64,000 bases of DNA from Lama glama. Its lineage: Eukaryota. The stretch spans positions 39,866,001 to 39,930,000 of the forward strand of contig CM052827.1 in NCBI GenBank assembly GCA_028534125.1, in the 5' to 3' direction. The position numbers were made by a program, and so were the translations under genes. Every line of letters begins with the position of its first letter. Within the stretch, counting starts at the first letter, position 1. The notes below the pieces were generated by a model. The model saw nothing but the letters and a program-made list of their open reading frames with translations, searched no databases and was not told the origin of the DNA. Below, in pieces: positions 23,201 through 46,918 of the stretch.

Positions 23201-26200
23201 CACTAAAGATTTGGAGACCTGATCTTGAAAGATGCCTGAACTCGAGAGGCTGACGCACGCAGATATAACTCACAAGTAAGAGTCTGAAGTAGCTAACCCA
23301 GGTACCAACTTATCAATTAGTAGCGGGGAATAAATGCCAAGGGAGCTAGGACAGTCACATCCTCTAGGTAGCATTCTTTCTTCCTGCAGACAAACCAGGG
23401 GTGGACATCACACTGTAAATATCACCCATGACTCGGAGTTAGATCATTGGTCCCAGATTTTGATTTCCCAGACCAGTAAAATTTCCAGATTTTAAGATCA
23501 ATATAGCATTGTTAACTTTTTATTCTATCAAGCAACATCTTTAAAAATTCTAATTACCATTATTTTAAAAAACTGTATAGACTTCATAACCTTTAAATGG
23601 AAGAAATTAGCTTTTTCAAAAACTCACCGGATAGTCCTGCTTCTTTTCATCTGGCCATGGACCAGCCTATGGGCCACTGATTGATGTAGTTTGACTAAGC
23701 GGTCAGGCCAGCTGTGATGCCCAGATGTATCTCTCTCCCCAAGAAGGCTACACCTGCCACTGAGGTCAGCCAGGCCCCAGCTACTCAAAGTGTGGTCCAT
23801 GGGCAACATGTGGGAACTGGTTAGAAGTGCTCTACCCTTAGATCTACTGAATTTGAATCTGCCTTTTAACAAGATTCCTGGGTGATTCACATACATATTA
23901 CAGTTTGAGAAGCACTGAGTCAGGAAACATCCTTTGGTCCTTGGGTGCCCTGGTCCAAGAACACTGCTAAGAACAGAGTATGAATGAGCCCTGTCTCCTT
24001 CTTTTTTTTTTTTTTACATTTTTTATTGATTCATAATCATTTTACAGTGTTGTGTCAAATTCCAGTGTTCAGCACAAGTTTTCAGTCATTCATGGACATA
24101 TACACACTCATTGTCACATTTTTTTCTCTGTGATTTATCATAACATTGTCTCCTTCTGTATGTCATTTTTTCTGCTCTTTGTAAGCTGTATTCTATTTTT
24201 GATTTATGATCTTCAGTGATTATCTCTTAAGAGTGATCACCTATCTGCTCTAATTGCATGTGTTATTTTTAAAGTTTAATCCTCGGGGGACAATCTTACA
24301 TCCTTATTTCAAAGTTTTTAGGGTGAGGAAATTTTATGACCATGCTTGAGTTGTTGTCTATAAAGTGTAGAAATTATTCTCCATTTTCAAGACATAAAAA
24401 CAAAGAACAGAAATGAGCCTCTAGGCCAGGTCTGGTCTTCTTGCCTAATGCAACCACAGCACCTGAACATCCCCTTACAATCCATCAAAATTTACCTAAA
24501 CTAATCATGACCGTCTGCATTTCCTAAAACACTGAAGGGTAAGTAAGGGACTAGTCTTATTCACTGCTACATACCTAGTATGTCATACCTGCCTGACAAG
24601 AAGTAGAAAATACCTATTTAATGAATGAACAAGTGAAGTGAGTTCTGGGATAAATTATTATAGTACTCAGGGCTTTGGATTTCTAAGCCCTATTGTTGGT
24701 TTCAGGCCTTGTGGGATTTCAGCTTTAAACTTCCCAATCCTGATCGGAAACTAACTGAATAGTATGAGCGAAGCTCTCCCCATGTTTCCTTGGTAGAGAA
24801 GCGACTAGGCACACTGGGCTGCTAACAAAAAGGCACTATCACTGGTTGTAGCTACATTTCTGCCAAAGTGGTTTTTTTTTTGAGAAACATATCTGTGGAT
24901 AAGACAACAATAAGGAAGCAGACAATGTAATGTGAATCCAAAGGCTTGAATTTACTTACATGGTGTATGGCTGGAGAAAAACACAAACAAGAGGTCTGGT
25001 CTGAGTTTCCACAGTCCTCTCTGAGTTCCTGGGACAAATATGCTATCCTCCTTCAGGGTGGCAGCCAAGCGAAGCTGATGGAGAAGGTACCTAATAGGGT
25101 GCAGGATGTTATCAGAACAACCAACCAATCTCTGTGGTAAAGGGAAAGACTGGCTAGGTGATTACTAAGAGATAAAGAGATACTGCAGACCAATGGGACT
25201 GGAAGCGATTTGGAATTATGAGAATGATCTAGACCAGTGATTCTCAAAATGTGGTCCTTGGACTAGTAGTATCAGCATCAGCTGGAATTTATTAGAAATG
25301 CAACTTCTGAGGCTCCTCCCAGACCTGCTGAATCAGAACCTCTGGAGGTGGGCCCAGCAATCTGGGTTTTAACAAAGACTCTATGTGATTCTGATGCACA
25401 CTCAAGCATAAGAACCACTGTCTAGACCAGTGCTATTCAAAGTGTAGTTCAGAGACTGACATAATCAGCATTACCTGGGAGCTTGTTAGAAATGCAAATT
25501 CTGGGGCCCCCACCCAGGCTAAATCAGACTCTTTGGGAATGTGGCTTTACCTTTGGAAACTCCTTCTGGCAATGACCTCAGCATGGCTGTCATTGAGGAT
25601 GTCTCCTGTGGCAGAGACAGGACACTAGTGAAGACATAGGGAACCTGGAGAAGCCCTGGTTCCTAGAAGCAGAACACAGCAGTTTCCCCAGCACCCAGGA
25701 TGGCCATGTAGCCCTGGACACCTCTGCTAGTAAATATCACAATAATTAACGGCCAAGCATTTACAGCAGGATTTCCTCAACTCAGCACTACTGACATTAG
25801 AGGCTGGAAAATTCTTTGTTGTTGGGAGTCTGTCCTGTGCGATGCAGGATGTTTAGTAGCATTCCTGGCCTCTATTCACCAAGTCCAGTAGCATTCTCCC
25901 CTCTCCCTAGTTTTGACAAACCAAAAATATCTCCAGACATTGCCAAATGTCTCCTGGGGAAGGGGGGGTGGCAAAAAAAAAAAAAATCTCCGCTAGCTGA
26001 GAACTCCTGATTTATAGGGAAATTTTTATCTGAAGGACAAAGTTTCAGATCTTTCATATCCTGGTACCATGCCTGTGCTCATGGTGATGCAATTTCATTG
26101 AATTCAATCAGTAGTGGTCCTGGAACGGTCTCCTCATATTCAGGAGGCAAGGCTAGGAGAATGAGGGAAGCAAGCTGGAGGAGGAATTCATTTGCAGATC

Positions 26201-27125
26201 CAGAAGGTGAAGATGCCAGAGCTCTAAGGGATTTCCATATTCCTTCTGGTACCAAAATCTCCATTTAATTCAGGATTGCTTTCTGGGGCTTCAGATCTGA
26301 TGTGGAATAGCTAAGCCCAGCGACCTTACGGTTGGAGCATGAAAATACTGGCCAACTTTCAACCCACTCAGAAAGATGTTCCTGTCACGGCTTTGGCTTC
26401 CAGAGCTTATTTCCATTCTTTAAATGAGTTCTGTCCTTCCACCTGGAGCAGCGGCCAGTGGGAACTCAAAGGTCAGCCACCTCAGGAATACGGCCCCTTT
26501 GCTCTGAAAGGAACAGGTAACATGGACGCCGGTTTCCAAAGCTCCCTAACAGGCCCTGTTTCGACCCCACCAGGCTTACCGTTCTTCCTCATTTTGGACT
26601 GGCCTATGCATTTAGTTCCTGTTCCCATTGAAACAACTTCTTTTGTCACTGAGGGGGAAAAACAAACCATTAAGTGAGGTCTCAGAATCCGAATGGTCCC
26701 TAGTCCTCAGGCTTAATAACTCTGCACATTCCTCCAGAAGGCTGACCCAAACTGAGGCCCGCGGTTTCTGCACGGCCGTCTCCCGCCACCAGAAGTATGG
26801 CTGCGCTATTTGGCAGTGAGCAGCAGAACATGCCCAACATCGCGGCTCACCCCTCCATCCCCCTACCCCACCTGCCTCCCCAGTCCCTGCACAGCCCTGT
26901 GTAATTCTACCATCCGTGACAGGGAGACAGTGCTGCCCAGGGAGAAGAGGCCTCACCTTGCACTCCACCATCGGGGAAGTCGCAGGCCTGGCCAGTTGCA
27001 GGTTGTATCTTCACCACGGCAGCGAGCAACGTCCACTCGCGGTTGGCCTCAGGCTTCCCTTGCTTGGGGAGCCTGCTCCCATAGTGCTCGTAACACAGCC
27101 GCGCAATCTCATCCGCAGTCCACAT
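8098..27125 (-). CDS. ADAT1: tRNA-specific adenosine deaminase 1 (A37 of tRNA-Ala), full spliced CDS span, 9 coding exons, 1494 nt, 497 aa
   Basis: Exons 27125-26957, 26648-26580, 25605-25551, 25090-24960, 22113-21510, 19706-19561, 19054-18955, 11143-11057, 8230-8098. All GT-AG and the frame is continuous. Starts MWTADEIA, carries deaminase motifs DSHAE, HTPCGDA, SMSCSDK, ends [12 protein letters not shown]. Confidence 0.97.
9041..9695 (+). mobile_element. ERV1-class solo LTR (MER31/MER110-like)
   Basis: Starts tgttaaattttacctgag; TATAAAAG near 9559; internal repeat ggtttacctgYgacaa. Confidence 0.6.
9898..10605 (+). mobile_element. MER21-like LTR
   Basis: aatgaggtgactcatggtgg, ccaataaaagctctggacactaaag, ggtgtctgaagtgagg signatures. 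Confidence 0.7.
11057..11143 (-). CDS. ADAT1: ADAT1 coding exon 8 ([29 protein letters not shown])
   Basis: 87 nt, not in the ORF track; CAG acceptor, GTGATA donor. Confidence 0.94.
12079..12191 (+). mobile_element. tRNA-Ala-derived SINE (Vic-1 type) in an ADAT1 intron
   Basis: Same tRNA-Ala body plus (AAAT)n/poly(A) tail. Confidence 0.85.
12200..12800 (+). mobile_element. Decayed L1M ORF2 fragment
   Basis: A-rich, with RT remnant ttctttgcagatgat (FADD). Confidence 0.6.
12805..13355 (+). mobile_element. MaLR MLT1F-like solo LTR
   Basis: tgtggtagccagc...aagatgg start; ends atacagcaacagacaactaacaca. Confidence 0.8.
14257..14971 (+). mobile_element. ERV1-class solo LTR inserted into a MIR
   Basis: TG...CA termini (ends gtttggttaggtaaca), AATAAA at about 14876, near-TSD gagc/gaac; MIR sequence continues on both sides. 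Confidence 0.7.
15121..16812 (+). mobile_element. 5'-truncated, 5'-inverted young L1 (minus segment 15121-15945, plus segment 15946-16812 with poly(A))
   Basis: Minus-strand ORF2 peptide [14 protein letters not shown]...[14 protein letters not shown]; plus-strand 3'UTR and A tail; contains two N gaps. Confidence 0.88.
17815..18900 (+). mobile_element. L1M ORF2 end and 3'UTR
   Basis: [10 protein letters not shown] and [12 protein letters not shown] peptides in the ORF track. Confidence 0.85.
18955..19054 (-). CDS. ADAT1: ADAT1 coding exon 7 ([33 protein letters not shown])
   Basis: 100 nt, CAG acceptor, GTACAG donor. Confidence 0.95.
19561..19706 (-). CDS. ADAT1: ADAT1 coding exon 6 ([10 protein letters not shown]...RLVPCGA)
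   Basis: 146 nt, TAG acceptor, GTAAGG donor. Confidence 0.95.
20300..20835 (-). mobile_element. L1MB-like 3' end
   Basis: aaaattcacccatttaaagtg...ggctgagtaatattccact consensus. Confidence 0.8.
21510..22113 (-). CDS. ADAT1: ADAT1 coding exon 5 ([11 protein letters not shown]...SMSCSDK...ALTGR)
   Basis: 604 nt, matches ORF 21506..22090; CAG acceptor, GTAGGA donor. Confidence 0.96.
22139..22309. mobile_element. MER5A (hAT-Charlie) DNA transposon
   Basis: TIRs cagtggttctc/gagaaccactg; perfect 8-bp TSD ccttaaac at 22131-22138 and 22310-22317. Confidence 0.88.
22522..22728. mobile_element. MER20 DNA transposon
   Basis: TIRs cagggtatctcaac/gttgagaacccctg; MER20 core aaaaatgtctgcagatgttgccaaatgtcccctggg. 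Confidence 0.85.
23776..23918. mobile_element. MER5A1-like DNA transposon
   Basis: ctactcaaagtgtggtcc...tttgagaagcactg. Confidence 0.7.
24003..24146 (-). mobile_element. Short, young 5'-truncated L1 3' end
   Basis: Poly(T) plus ttttattga...tgttgtgtcaaattccagtg; perfect 11-bp TSD tgtctccttct at 23992-24002 and 24147-24157. Confidence 0.8.
24960..25090 (-). CDS. ADAT1: ADAT1 coding exon 4 (YLLHQL...FFSSHTP)
   Basis: 131 nt, TAG acceptor, GTAAGT donor. Confidence 0.95.
25235..25545. mobile_element. Tandem MER5A elements (complete 25235-25420, truncated 25428-25545)
   Basis: TIRs, with tctagac target repeats on both sides of the first copy. Confidence 0.8.
25551..25605 (-). CDS. ADAT1: ADAT1 coding exon 3 ([19 protein letters not shown], catalytic HAE)
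   Basis: 55 nt, not in the ORF track; translated by hand; CAG acceptor, GTAAAG donor. Confidence 0.95.
25767..26009. mobile_element. MER20 DNA transposon
   Basis: ctcagcactactgacatt...ctccagacattgccaaatgtctcctgggg...gctgagaactcctg. Confidence 0.82.
26580..26648 (-). CDS. ADAT1: ADAT1 coding exon 2 ([23 protein letters not shown])
   Basis: 69 nt, CAG acceptor, GTAAGC donor. Confidence 0.95.
26957..27125 (-). CDS. ADAT1: ADAT1 first coding exon ([15 protein letters not shown]...GVQ)
   Basis: ATG at 27125; exon begins 27147 after a CAG acceptor; donor CAAG|GTGAGG at 26956. Confidence 0.95.
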
Positions 27126-28363
27126 GGTGCGAGCTGGGGCTGAGACCCTGATCAAAACCCACAACTATCAGAAGGGCAGAAAGGACAACTGATGCAAGAT
27201 GCTACAACTTGGCACTGGTGCTTCAAGAGGCTTTCGAATGCAGCCCAAGCACATTCATACTGAGGTTTCTCTGCTTGGAACTTTATGGGTCATCTTCTAC
27301 TACTTCTCTGCCCTCTTTTCACCTTTAATGAAAGATCAAAGAAGTCTTAAATCTCACAACCCCAGAAGACACCCTATTTCTTCAAGCTGCTCTTAAAAAA
27401 AATGAACAGTTGGATATTTAATATTGGTTAATTTTAGTGATCTGAACCTAACTACTCAAAATGAAAGCATATGAGAGGGAAGTATCCTTGCTACTCCAAT
27501 TTTCATTTGGAAATGCAAATAAATGCTGCAGACCTCAGCTTGCTTGGGGCAGACCCTCCCCATACAAGGTTTATCTTTCTGGGGAAAAGGTTCTTCTTTT
27601 CTATGCTCTTTTTCAGATGTTTTGTTTTTCTCTTCTTTCCTTCACAGTTAATTGGTTCTTTACTTCCTTCTAGTAAATCTCCACTGATGCTCCCATCAAG
27701 AAAGCAACACTTTAGTTTTTCCTATGATATTTAATGATGCAGAGGGAAAGTGACAGAGCCTAGAGTTTTCTCACCAGTCAAGTGTTCTCCTCAGAGTGAG
27801 GGTTTTGGAGTTACCCTTCCTAGATTCTAATCCTGGTTTTTGTTATATATTAACAGTGCATTATTGTATAGATCACTTCACCTCTCTGTGTCTGTTTTTT
27901 CATCTGTTAAAACAGAGGCAGTAGTATTTAATCCACTGGCGTTAACGTAAGGCTTAAACAATATTTATAAAAAGCAACTGGTACAATGTTAAGCATAGTT
28001 AATGTCAACTGAGATTAATATTACAAAAAAAGAACATTTGATTTTCCTGACTGATTTGCTTTGAGCTCTTTGGCAGGTAGTGGAAATGCAATGGAGATGT
28101 AAAAACCATGAATAAGGAACCATTAAGCGGATCAGACCTGAAAGAGGCATAGGCTACTTTGCTAGAAACTCTCCCACTCTTGACTCTAACCATGCTCACT
28201 CAATGACCTCATTTGGATGCAAATGTATGAAAAGCATCTTAGTGGAAAATGAGATCATATGGTGATGCACAAAGCCAAGCATGTTAAAAAAAGAAAAAGG
28301 TTCTATTGAGCCCCAATGTATATAGTAGACAACTGATTTTTCTACAGTGAGCCCCTTGCATTG

Positions 28364-28688
28364 TGTTAAATTAATTAAACAAGGTCATCAGATTGATGAG
28401 TCTCTAATGCTGTGGTGGCCTATTTAAACAAGCCAAGATCTAAGCATGTAGATGCCTCAAGGTTACAAAATCAAAACCGAAAAGGACAACCAACCACAAC
28501 CAGCTAGGATTCAAGCTATAGCCAATCAAATAATTTCCTTTCTTGCTTCTGTACTTTCTCTACATCAGTCTTTACCCTGGCTCCAGTCTGCAGAGGGTTC
28601 CTAACTACTGCTTTGGTACTGCCTGACTGGAACTGATTTCTGCTCAAATTCTTAAAAACTTGAATATGCCTCAGTTTATCATTTAACA
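28364..28688 (+). mobile_element. ERV1-class solo LTR in ADAT1 intron 1
   Basis: Inverted termini TGTTAAA...TTTAACA; internal CCAATC box; same family start as the fragment at 56258. Confidence 0.7.
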
Positions 28689-29369
28689 GTTCTGATGTGC
28701 AGGCCTGTTATTTCAATAAATGGTCATGGTAAAGCAGACCATAGTGATTTAAACAGAAATCTGGCAGGAACTGACATAACTGCGACTTTAAAGTCAGAGA
28801 ACCAGTATAAGTCTTTTATCTTCTGGAGCAAAAGAAAGCATGGGAGAATCCAGAATTCGTTTGGAAGGGATTTCCCTTTCATTTCTTGGGGCTGGGGGAA
28901 TCACAAAGCATTATGCTTTAAGGCAAATACTTTGGCACCAAACTGAAATTAAACCAGAGGCACATATCACAAACCGTAATAGCCAAGGAAGACAGAGCTT
29001 GCCAGAAGAAACGCTGACTCTACGATGAAGCAGTTCAAAACTGTATCATCGCTTCATTCACGGAGTTGAGTCTGGATGAGCGTGTCCAGTAGCTGAATAA
29101 ATATTTTGCTACACTGGATACACTAAAATTCAAATCCACTCTCTCCTAGATCTTGAATAACTTCTTCCCTATGAAACAATAGTTCAGTTTAACAGGCATC
29201 TCTTTGCCCACAAGACCGCATATTTTAACAATTGCGAAAAGCTCAAGAACCCACTTCCTTAAAAAAAAAAAAAAGTTAAGGCAGATCAGCTGCCAGGCGA
29301 GAAAAGGCTTTAGCAGGGTTCCCTTTGGACCCCTTCTCAGCACCCTCCAGGGGACCGAGATGGGGCCTA

Positions 29370-29900
29370 TTCGGCCGGTTATGGGAGACTCCAGACCCGC
29401 GGAGTAGCGACAACGTGCTCGCGCGTCCCTTTGAATTATTTGGGATGATGCCGTGAGGCCACGCGCTCGCCCGAAGCAGGAGCTCTCCGCGCAGGGTATG
29501 TTGGCATTTCCATGAAAGCTACAGTATTTTCCCACGGAATGCGCGGCAGGGAAGGCACGGCCCTCACATCCTCTTCTCACACAGAAAGGGCTCGGGAGAG
29601 TCAGACCGAGGGCACCTCACCCAGGAGGCCCAAGGCCCCCTCAAGCGAGCGCCCTCCGCCCCGCGACCCCACCCTTTCACCAACACTTTCCTCCCACCTC
29701 CAAGACGCGCGCCCTCAAAAGGAGCGAGGAGAGCCCGCGCGGCGTAGTGGACGTGACGTCACAAAGAGACGACTCTCCCAGGCCCCGCCCCCAGGGTCGC
29801 GCAGTGCACGCTGGTTCTTGCAGTCCTTTGGTGGGCGGGCCCAGGAATCTTGGTGCTGGTGCTCAGAGTCCAGCGACTTCCCGTGCTTTGCTTAGGTACC
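29370..29900 (-). promoter_or_regulatory. ADAT1: ADAT1 CpG-island promoter and probable non-coding exon 1 (ending at 29621)
   Basis: CpG-rich stretch. Palindromic CRE GTGACGTCAC at 29753-29762, GC box GGCCCCGCCCC at about 29781-29791, ZNF143-like CTACAGTATTTTCCCACGGAATGC at 29519-29542, minus-strand donor TGG|GTGAGG at 29620. TSS is inferred, not observed. Confidence 0.75.
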
Positions 29901-30689
29901 GGTGAAATGGGATAAGGGAAGCTGACGACCCGGTAAGGTAGATTCAAATACAATGATGTGTCGAGCCAAACTGTGAGCGTAGAACTGGTTAAGGAGGTAA
30001 TGAGGACTTTATAATCCTATTTTCCTTCCAGCTTTCATCCTGTTTGCCATTTTTCTTGTCATACCCCACAGACTAGTTGTCTGCTTCTGCTTCAGTTCCT
30101 ATTCCCAGCCTTAAGGCCAGACAGGTGGCTTCTGCCTCCAGCCTCCTACCAAACAGCTCTTTAGTAACCTCATTAATCCTTGTTTGCCTTTTCCAGGGGT
30201 CCACACTGACACTAGTGTTGCCTTAAAGTCCAGTCTCTTATCCTGACCCTACACCCTCTCCCTTGGTGATGATTGTGTTTATTTTAGTTGACACCACCTT
30301 GCTGAAGGATGTGAGTTCTGCAGTGTTTCTTCTGAAATACCACCTGGTCATCTCACCACTGCTGCCAAGTGCTCTTGGGGTTGATGCTTCAATAGCAGCA
30401 AGGAGTGATGTGCTCAGCACTCCCTGAAGTAGTTCCCAGTTAGGTCGTTCTGTGTGCTTTGATCATTTTACCAGCTGTGGAAGTAGAAACCTGCTCTGTG
30501 AAACCAGACTGGCACCATTCAAACCAAGACGCTAGCAGGTTTTGCTGAGGTGCAAAAGCCAAGTCCTTTGCTGTGTGACTCACTGGAAAAAAGCTTCCCC
30601 CAGCTGCCTCCTGGTGTCAGGGGCTCCATCATAACAGGCCCTCAGCCATTCCCTTGTCACCTTCTTATCCCTGATAAATTGAGCTGAAA

Positions 30690-31590
30690 ATAACGAGAAT
30701 ACTCTAGACTCACACTATTCAACATCCTTACTAGTCCCACCTGTTGTCTAAAAGGCATGTCAAATTTAATATGTCCAAAACCATACACTCAACCTTCCTT
30801 TTCCAACCTGCACTTTCTCAGTTTTTTCCATCTCAAGTCAACGCCAACTCTTACTTTTCAGTTGTTCAGGCCCCAACCTTGAAGTCAATTCTTGTTCTCA
30901 CACCCCACACCCCATTGGCAGATCCCGCTGACTTCAGGAACACAGGCAAAGCTCAATGGTTTGTAAACATCACCATCGTTTTACACCACCCAAGGCTAAG
31001 TTGTCCCCTCTCCGCAGCCCATGTGTCTCCCTTTCACTCTTGCCCTCCATTTGCTAACTAGAACAATCTTTGAAAAACACTACTTGAAACCTTCCAATGG
31101 CTTCACATCTCAAATAAAACCTCTGCCTGGCTTACAGGTTCCTGCATGACCTGGCCCCTCAATGACCTTTACTAACTCCTGTCCAGCCATACCAGATCCC
31201 TTTGCTGTTCCTCAAAATGTAGCCCTCTAGTCTGGATCACGTCACGCTCTTCCACTCAGATCTCCCCGTCTGTCCTGATCTCTACTTAAATGTCAACTAG
31301 AAGAGATCTTCCTTGACCACATATTTAAAGTAGCACCACCTCCATCTACCTCTTTTTAATAGCACCTCTGACCCCTTACCTTGCTCTATTTTTCTTCTTA
31401 GTATGCATCACTACCAGAAATAATACGGATGTTTAGTTGCCCCCACCCCAACACTACCCCACCCCTTAAGAGTTTAAGTTCCACTAAAGCAGGAACTTTA
31501 CTGTTGTTCACTGCTGTGGCCCTAACCCCTTACAATAATGGCTGGCACAGAGCAGAAATTAATATAAATTTGTTAAATGAACAGAGTGGT
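30690..31590 (+). mobile_element. L2 LINE 3' portion between KARS1 and ADAT1
   Basis: tgtctaaaaggcatgtcaaatttaatatgtccaaaac...ctgttgttcactgctg...tttgttaaatgaa. Confidence 0.7.
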
Positions 31591-31678
31591 ATAATGCTAA
31601 ACATTCATTAGGCAGCTGTCTGAAAAAAAGATGACATTCCAAAAGTAAGAGTGGTAAGACAGGAGTAGAGACAAATGG

Positions 31679-31684
31679 TTTATT
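31679..31684 (-). terminator. KARS1: Probable KARS1 polyadenylation signal AATAAA
   Basis: First canonical hexamer about 165 nt after the stop, followed by U/GU-rich sequence on the minus strand. Confidence 0.6.
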
Positions 31685-31847
31685 TAGTAACAAGGAGTAA
31701 AAAGGAATTCTTAATTCCTCTTCTCTCTTCTTATGGCTGAACTGAACTGTGATAGTCACATAGCAATACACACAGGAATCCTCTCACAGTCCTTGATCTT
31801 TTGCAGAAACACAAAGATGCTGGAGTCACAGGACTTGCAATTGTTTT

Positions 31848-46015
<14,168 letters not shown>

Positions 46016-46242
46016 CTTCCCAGAGGGTGGGACCTAAAGAGGATAAGGGTCGCAAAGCTATTTCCGGGTCACGCTTGGAAGCCCCGCCTCTTCCTGGGGG
46101 CGGGCACTTTTCGCGCGCAGCTGCTGCGCAGGCGCAGTGTGGGGATTCGCGGCCGAGGCGTCTGAAGCGTTCCCTCGGTCAGTGGGGCTCGGTGCTCCAG
46201 ACGCTCGTTAGGGGGCAGCTTTTCTGGTGCCCGGCGTCAGGT

Positions 46243-46918
46243 ATGGCGGAGGCGATGGATTTGGGCAAAGACCCCAATGGGCCCACCCATTCGTCGACTC
46301 TGTTCGTGAGGGAGGATGGCAGCTCCATGTCTTTCTACGTTCGACCCAGCCCAGCGAAGCGCCGGCTCTCGACGCTCATTCTGCACGGCGGTGGCACCCT
46401 GTGCCGGGTGCAGGAGCCCGGCGCGGTGCTGCTGGCCCAGCCCGGGGAGGCGGCGGCCGAGGCCTCGGGCGACTTCATCTCCACGCAGTACATCCTAGAC
46501 TGCGTGGAGCGCAATGAGAAGCTCGACTTGGAGGCCTACCGGTTGGGCCAGGCTCCGTCGGCCGACCAGGCCCCAGCGTCGAAGCCCGGGGCTCAGGCCG
46601 GGGCCGCCGCCGTCGCGGAGCCCGAGCCACAGCCGCACACGGGGCGTATGGTCTTCACGGACGCGGACGACGTGGCCATCTTGACATACGTGAAGGAACA
46701 TGCCCGCTCGCCCAGCTCCGTCACGGGCAACGCCTTATGGAAAGCGATGGAGAAGAGCTCGCTCACCCAGCACTCGTGGCAGTCCCTGAAGGACCGCTAC
46801 CTCAAGCGCCTGCGGGGCCAGGAGCATAAGTACCTGTTGGGGGAGGCCCCAGTGAGCCCCTCCTCCCAGAAACTCAAGCGGAAAGCTGAGCAAGACCCTG
46901 AGGCTGCTGATAGCGGGG
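46243..46918 (+). CDS. TERF2IP: TERF2IP exon 1 coding part (BRCT + Myb)
   Basis: ATG at 46243; donor GGG|GTGAGG at 46919. Confidence 0.96.

Noticed and set aside
46027-46242. 72-codon in-frame upstream extension of TERF2IP from a GTG
   Set aside because: It starts inside the promoter and KARS1 5'UTR, upstream of the likely TSS; lack of stops is expected in GC-rich DNA; no near-cognate start has good context.
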